IMG/VR virus record: IMGVR_UViG_3300002307_000018
Span: 200,638 to 264,637 of that record
DNA: 64,000 nt
Source of the DNA: a virus
Taxonomy: Duplodnaviria; Caudoviricetes
Direction: 5' to 3' (one strand)
Shown here: one piece after another, positions 61,665 to 64,000 of the stretch
Layout: every line of letters begins with the position of its first letter
Numbering within the stretch: the stretch's first letter is position 1
The notes under the pieces: generated by a model
What the model saw: the letters and a program-made list of their open reading frames with translations, nothing else
The model's database searches: none
Told to the model about the DNA's origin: nothing
Translations under genes and position numbers: made by a program

Positions 61665-61847
61665 TTATGTTGGAGCGTATGGGACTGGCTTGTCCGAGTC
61701 TGTTTCTGGAAAGATTGTGAATTCTGGAAGCTTAGACATTAAACGCTTGGTGTATGCTTCAACTGTAAGCGCATGACTGCCATCGCAGAAGCCGCTTTCA
61801 CTGCGTCCGCAGCCACACTTTGCAAAGTCTTTGATCATTGGCGTCAT
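61665..61847 (-). CDS. CDGSH iron-sulfur domain protein
   Basis: CGCGRSESGFCDGSH. Confidence 0.8.
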   Translation of the reverse strand: MTPMIKDFAKCGCGRSESGFCDGSHALTVEAYTKRLMSKLPEFTIFPETDSDKPVPYAPT

Positions 61848-62635
61848 TATAGTCCCGCAGCTAGTTTCTTGATTGCGTCTTTGTATCTTTCAAAATCTGG
61901 TCTTTCGTCATCAAATATTGTTGGGGAAGCGGCCGCTCTTTTCAAGAAATCAGCAATCTTATCAATAGCTTCTAGATCAGCCGGAGTTACATTGGTCGCA
62001 GAGATTTTTTCTCCAGATGGACGTGGAGCATCAGGCGGTCGATCCGAAGAACTTTGTCTTCCTCCACCGTTTTGTCCTGTTTGTTCCCATTGATACATTG
62101 TGCTGAACAATTGATCTATTGGCGTGGCGGCGACCTTCTGAATCGCCGGAATCATTGCTGCTCCTTTTGCCGCGAGTATATTATTTAAATTGGTTGAAAC
62201 TGCGGTCTCAATTTGACCGGCAAGTTGATTGCTATGTGTTTTTAATCCTGGATTATTTTTCCAATTATATTGTCTGACTAGTTGATCCACATATGATTTT
62301 ACTAACTTTGTAATTGATCCACGTTTTATAACAATCGTGGGAGGCGGCGGAGGAGCAACCTCATCGATCAACGCTTCGACTAATGTGTCAAATATTTGAT
62401 AGTGACGTGATTCAGGCAAAGGAGGCGGAGGAGGTGTAACTGGGGTAGTCACAGACCCAGATTGAATTGCTCTAGCAATAAGCGTGGCAAGATTAAGAGA
62501 GAACTTAGTTTCAGCAGCTTTTGTGGTCGCATTGGCCTGACGTTGTTGACCCATCGTAGAAGTCTTGTACACGTTTTGTAGTGAGTCAAGTACGCCCTCG
62601 TCAACTTTTTTCTTTTTTATCTCTCTAGCTCTCAT
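61847..62635 (-). CDS. hypothetical protein
   Basis: MRAREI start, Pro-rich linkers. Confidence 0.55.
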   Translation of the reverse strand: MRAREIKKKKVDEGVLDSLQNVYKTSTMGQQRQANATTKAAETKFSLNLATLIARAIQSGSVTTPVTPPPPPLPESRHYQIFDTLVEALIDEVAPPPPPTIVIKRGSITKLVKSYVDQLVRQYNWKNNPGLKTHSNQLAGQIETAVSTNLNNILAAKGAAMIPAIQKVAATPIDQLFSTMYQWEQTGQNGGGRQSSSDRPPDAPRPSGEKISATNVTPADLEAIDKIADFLKRAAASPTIFDDERPDFERYKDAIKKLAAGL

Positions 62636-62880
62636 TCTTGACCCTTTGATCTTTTCAAACTCTTAGCAAACTTCTCGCCGTCACGATTCTTGATTGCGAT
62701 CAATAGCTTGCGCTCAAGTATAGCTGCTTGCTCAGGTGTATAATTTCTAGCAATTACTTCTAGAAGATGTATAGCACTGGCAATGACGTTGTTTGCACGA
62801 TTCTCAATAATGTGTTGCGTGTCTCTGTTTTTAGAGATCGATTCAAGTTCTTCGAGCAAACTGCGAGTGTTCTTTTTCAT
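62632..62880 (-). CDS. conserved phage protein
   Basis: MKKNTRSLLEELESI..IENRANNVI.SAI.L. Confidence 0.6.
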   Translation of the reverse strand: MKKNTRSLLEELESISKNRDTQHIIENRANNVIASAIHLLEVIARNYTPEQAAILERKLLIAIKNRDGEKFAKSLKRSKGQE

Positions 62881-62912
62881 AATAGAGTATTTATCTTATA
62901 ATGGGTACAAAT

Positions 62913-64000
62913 TTATTTCTGGCTCTTGATCTGGCTCAGCATTGCGTTTAGTGCAGTTGATTGTACGTTTGCCACAACTTTCTTTTGTGGGATAAATTCG
63001 TCTTCGTCGTCTACTACATTGGTCACCGAACTACTGGTCTTGATTCTACTCAGCAGAGTAGATGCACTTTGACTTGTAGCTGTGTATCCTGTACTGTCTC
63101 CATCGTCAAAGATACGCAGGGTCTCAACGTTGAACGATAAATCAATCTTCTGACCCACACCTGACGAACTACGAGTCTTCATCAATTGAATCTGATACTG
63201 ACCACGCTCACGCATTGAGCGACTGGTAAAGATACCAAACACGTTGTCGGCTGTATTGATCTTTGAAATACCACCAGAGATATGTGAGTGATCAAACTCA
63301 ACTTCTTCAACCGCACTACGATTCAACTGTGATGCTGTGACAAACAGTACATTCAGTTCTTTTGCTAAATTGCGAAGTTCTTCTGACACGTACTTGTCTT
63401 TGATAAACAAGTCTGAGGGTGATACCTTGGTCGATACTGGCATTAACAAGTCAAGATAGTCAATGCACAAGAAGTCAACCTTGATACCCTTTTCCATTTG
63501 TAGTGTCTTGATGTACGAGCGTATGTCATTGACTGTGCTTTGTGCTGGCATATACTTGATGTAAAACTTACCAGACTTCTTAGCACTCATCTTGACCTTG
63601 AGTTCAACATCGTCAATGTTCTTGAACACATCACGTGTTGCAACATCAGTGACCATTGAGTCAATACGCCATGCAGTCAATTGCTCTGAAAGTTCTAGTG
63701 TGACATACACACCATTCAGACCCATTTGCATCCAGTTGGCTGCCAAGTTCTGCATGAATAATGACTTACCACTACCTGATCCTCCTGCGAAGATTTGAAG
63801 TTCTCCGCGATTGAAACCACCATACAGCTTATTATCAAGACAGGGCCAACCTGTTGAAATTTGACCGTTGTTGTTTCTGATTGCGTTCAGTCGTGCCTTG
63901 GGATCAGCAAAGTAATCTGTACCCATGTCTTTTGTCAATGAAATTTGCACTGCATCTTTGATCAGCTTTTCGACTGGATCATAGTTTCCCTTTTCAAGCA
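62913..64000 (-). CDS. replicative DNA helicase, DnaB/gp41-like (5' truncated by window)
   Basis: AGGSGSGKS Walker A, TLELSE, IDYLDL, TASQLNR, MKTRSS; frame open to the window edge. Confidence 0.92.
   Translation of the reverse strand, partial: LEKGNYDPVEKLIKDAVQISLTKDMGTDYFADPKARLNAIRNNNGQISTGWPCLDNKLYGGFNRGELQIFAGGSGSGKSLFMQNLAANWMQMGLNGVYVTLELSEQLTAWRIDSMVTDVATRDVFKNIDDVELKVKMSAKKSGKFYIKYMPAQSTVNDIRSYIKTLQMEKGIKVDFLCIDYLDLLMPVSTKVSPSDLFIKDKYVSEELRNLAKELNVLFVTASQLNRSAVEEVEFDHSHISGGISKINTADNVFGIFTSRSMRERGQYQIQLMKTRSSSGVGQKIDLSFNVETLRIFDDGDSTGYTATSQSASTLLSRIKTSSSVTNVVDDEDEFIPQKKVVANVQSTALNAMLSQIKSQK

Noticed and set aside
1-64000. Stop-codon reassignment
   Set aside because: Known genes (nrdA, nrdB, helicase, ligase) are intact in the standard code and no CTA/TTA/TCA-anticodon tRNA was found.

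Overview
A 64-kb segment of a large (jumbo-type) tailed dsDNA phage genome, mostly coded on the minus strand. Phage markers include class Ia ribonucleotide reductase (nrdA/nrdB) with glutaredoxin, a DnaB/gp41-like helicase cut by the window edge, a PD-(D/E)XK exonuclease, a PAAR protein, a SleB-type wall hydrolase and a 2,442-aa fibre-like virion protein. A Bug/TctC gene hints at a betaproteobacterial host (inference). The left 25 kb holds 33 canonical or near-canonical tRNA genes covering all 20 amino acids, four aberrant tRNA-like genes, an RNA end-healing/sealing module (ligase, P-loop kinase, phosphoesterase) and many perfect sigma70 promoters. Three systems stand out. (1) An apparent ribosome-sensing attenuator heads the tRNA array: a promoter, a 52-codon leader using all 20 amino acids, an antiterminator hairpin with a triple stop in its loop, and a mutually exclusive intrinsic terminator. 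(2) A family of 9-11 non-coding RNAs shares one conserved closing stem (UAUUGAAGUACA/UGUAUUUCAAUA) around unrelated structured interiors, and several directly follow RNAs ending in CCA. (3) A 13-kb biosynthetic-cluster-like island carries an ACP, two desaturases, radical SAM, PP-loop, GNAT-like and many 2OG-Fe(II)-type oxygenase genes. All calls come from reading motifs by eye; no database searches or folding programs were run.
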